From: Nanobdellota archaeon
GTDB lineage: Archaea > Nanobdellota > Nanobdellia > Parvarchaeales > Parvarchaeaceae
Reading direction: 5' to 3'
Length of the DNA: 60,000 bases
NCBI GenBank assembly: GCA_021800365.1
Contig: JAJYZA010000001.1
Coordinates: 85,377-145,376, forward strand
The position numbers and the translations under genes were made by a program. Positions 57,894 to 60,000 of the stretch are shown here, piece by piece. The notes under the pieces are model-generated. The model ran no database searches. It was not told where the DNA came from and was given only the letters and a program-made list of their open reading frames with translations. Numbering within the stretch: position 1 is the stretch's first letter; each line of letters opens with the position of its first letter.

Positions 57894-58681
57894 ATGAATT
57901 CAGATTAGATCCAGAATCATTGTCATTCACTCTTGTAACTAAGGAAGATCCCGCGTGTAAAGCGTGCATAGAAAAGGAAAAAGCACGCGAATCTGTGCCT
58001 TTTAAACACGGTTTTGCAAGAATATACGAGATAAAAGACGACGTGCAAACGTCAAAATTCGAGCTTTCTGGAGAGATATTCAAATCTTCAAATGCACACG
58101 GCTATGAAGAAATAATCGTAGACGACGAAAACCATAAAGACGCATTCAAAACCTACATCCAAGATGATATAGAAAAATTGTTGATGATACTTGTAGAACA
58201 GACGATATACATAGAAAAATATGATCTCGGGCAAAACTTAGTAATAAAACGCGAAATGAACGCGCATGGGTATTTCGATCTGCTTGTGTTGCCTGTCCCT
58301 AAAAAAGAGAGTAAAACGTGCTTTGAGTGCGAATCAATCAAAAATACTGGCAACCGTGAAGTTTACAAGACTGAGCATTTTATTATATACGTACCATTTG
58401 CACCAAAATATAATTTTGAGTTGATAATTGCTCCAAAAAAGCACATCCCCTTTTCTGCCGCAGACCCAGTAATACTATTCGACATGGCAGGAATAATAAA
58501 ACGCGTTGTTAACTCATATAATAATATAAACAGTTGGGCCATAGTACAGGATGCTAACAACCATTTCAAAATAAAATTATTCGGAAAAGACGTTGATCCA
58601 TATGAAATTGCAGGCGTAAGAAAGATAACAACTAATCCCGATGTATTGGCAAAAACAATAAGAGATGATAAGAAGATATGA
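57890..58681 (+). CDS. degenerate GalT/HIT-like protein
   Basis: MNEFRLDP, CKAC, HGYEEII, CFEC, YVPFAPKY.FELIIAPKKH; lacks the HPH catalytic motif. Confidence 0.7.
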   Translation: MNEFRLDPESLSFTLVTKEDPACKACIEKEKARESVPFKHGFARIYEIKDDVQTSKFELSGEIFKSSNAHGYEEIIVDDENHKDAFKTYIQDDIEKLLMILVEQTIYIEKYDLGQNLVIKREMNAHGYFDLLVLPVPKKESKTCFECESIKNTGNREVYKTEHFIIYVPFAPKYNFELIIAPKKHIPFSAADPVILFDMAGIIKRVVNSYNNINSWAIVQDANNHFKIKLFGKDVDPYEIAGVRKITTNPDVLAKTIRDDKKI

Positions 58682-59607
58682 GTTCTAGATACACGATATT
58701 ACTTTTAACTGTCCTAATTTTAGTTGCTATTTTCACGGCGATGCTCTATACCTACCAAGTTCCCGTGACAAATATCGGCTTGACACAAAACAACCAGACT
58801 ATGTACGCTTTGAATGCATTGAATGCCGCGAGACTAGAAAATTTTCTTAATGAGTACAATTTCAGCAATGAAACACTGCTGGCTCAATATTACCAAGTAT
58901 CTAATTCAAATGAAATGATTGTAGATTGCAGCTATGGTATTATTCCTGTAGCTGGAAACGTGCCACCCGTCCTAATAACACAAAATGAAACGGCTTATAC
59001 GGATTATAAAACATTCGTTTCTTATGTGGGGGCTTATACATTATGTAATATAGATGGGAAACCATCCGGCTGTTCTTCGATAAAGTCTGAGCTGTTCGAT
59101 TTTATTATGAAGTACGCAAATTATACTCTTGTATACGGAATCTATAATGAAACAAAAACATTAATGGATACATCATACTTAGCGCTTAATAAAAGCAATG
59201 CATCGACAGATTCCTTTTATGCACCGCTTTCTTATGATTTCAACGACTTAAACGCAGTCAATTACTCGCAAGCTGCATTAGCAAATGCCCTTATTGACCT
59301 AAAGCCGATACCACAGTATATTTTTGACCTACAAAATGGCAGCGTATTAACGAGCCAATTTTATATCGACGTGCCTTTTCAGTATCATACATTTGCGTAC
59401 CCGTTTAAATCTGCCTGCAGCAACGGCTTGCAAATATTTAATCTGATTGCAAGTGTTCAGAATTTTAAATCCCAAAATTATTCTTTTTTATATAGCGGGC
59501 TAAATGCCAATGTAAAAAACATTTGTATAAACGATAGTTCAAACTCGTGTGCAGAAAACAATACAAAGGGGCTTAATATCTCATTCTATGTACAAGGAAC
59601 GTCTTAA
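58678..59607 (+). CDS. membrane-anchored extracellular glycoprotein
   Basis: N-terminal TM, many N-x-S/T sequons, several Cys. Confidence 0.78.
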   Translation: MSSRYTILLLTVLILVAIFTAMLYTYQVPVTNIGLTQNNQTMYALNALNAARLENFLNEYNFSNETLLAQYYQVSNSNEMIVDCSYGIIPVAGNVPPVLITQNETAYTDYKTFVSYVGAYTLCNIDGKPSGCSSIKSELFDFIMKYANYTLVYGIYNETKTLMDTSYLALNKSNASTDSFYAPLSYDFNDLNAVNYSQAALANALIDLKPIPQYIFDLQNGSVLTSQFYIDVPFQYHTFAYPFKSACSNGLQIFNLIASVQNFKSQNYSFLYSGLNANVKNICINDSSNSCAENNTKGLNISFYVQGTS

Positions 59608-60000
59608 AAAATACGCGTATATTTATCTGATAATAATCGTGATACTTGCGGTATTTAGTTTCCTATTGTTTGAAGAAATAAGTTCTCTAAATGGCGTTTA
59701 TTCGTTTAAACAAACCTATGTAAATGTTTCCGGTCTTTGTTCGCAAAATAAATCAACTATGATATTCTTTTATGGCAATAACTGCCCAAGTTGTTCTCTT
59801 GAATACGCGGCTTTCAGAAATGCTACATCAGAATTTATAGGAGTGTGGAATGGTGATTCTTTCCTCAGCCCTTACTTTTGCGCTTATGACTTCAATATAA
59901 CGGCGTATAACCAGAACCAATCATCTATTTTTGCACCTGTCGGTGCAGCCAATATATTTGAATCTCTTTCGAGTGGGCGTATACCCTTTTTATTCCTCGG
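59588..60000 (+). CDS. membrane-anchored thioredoxin-fold protein, partial
   Basis: Manual translation MYKERLKKYAYIYLIIIVILAVF...MIFFYGNNCPSC...GRIPFLFL; CxxC and cis-Pro-type IPF motif; open at the right edge. Confidence 0.78.
   Translation, partial: MYKERLKKYAYIYLIIIVILAVFSFLLFEEISSLNGVYSFKQTYVNVSGLCSQNKSTMIFFYGNNCPSCSLEYAAFRNATSEFIGVWNGDSFLSPYFCAYDFNITAYNQNQSSIFAPVGAANIFESLSSGRIPFLFL

Noticed and set aside
1207-58569. Many short antisense ORFs in the track (e.g. 40938-41675, 9128-9610)
   Set aside because: They are shadows of well-supported genes on the opposite strand, with no motifs.

Overview
AT-rich, compact archaeal chromosome segment, most consistent with an acidophilic DPANN symbiont (Parvarchaeales-like). 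This is inferred from DPANN-type pilins, the secF-secD order, GT3/GH57 glycogen genes and Thermoplasmatales-like surface repeats. The left part holds a rearranged exosome/proteasome superoperon (pop5-psmA-SBDS-rrp4-rrp41-FAU-1-rrp42-rpoK-srp54-Zn finger-tRNA-Arg), a CBS+HPF-like hibernation-factor candidate, MGMT, Rio1, LonB and a PRC-barrel gene. The centre (16.0-35.5 kb) is a tightly coupled minus-strand operon of four pilin-like proteins and a 4016-aa Cys-rich surface protein. Three of the four have class III-like signal peptides and two carry membrane-active-looking inserts; the giant protein has Ig-like repeats and two nested beta-propellers. This is the best candidate for an undescribed host-attachment/penetration apparatus. 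The right part holds cca, lhr, thermosome-Sm-L37e (with a K-turn in the leader), galT/trxB/glycogen synthase/GH57, an MFS/lysine-catabolism block around tRNA-Glu, two further pilins and secF-secD. I found four tRNAs (one with an intron), several small ORFs missing from the ORF track (rpoK, two Zn-finger microproteins, a 25-aa linker ORF) and two possible decayed integrase fragments at tRNA 3' ends. No CRISPR array, rRNA or intact mobile element was seen. All family calls are by eye from motifs; no searches were run.
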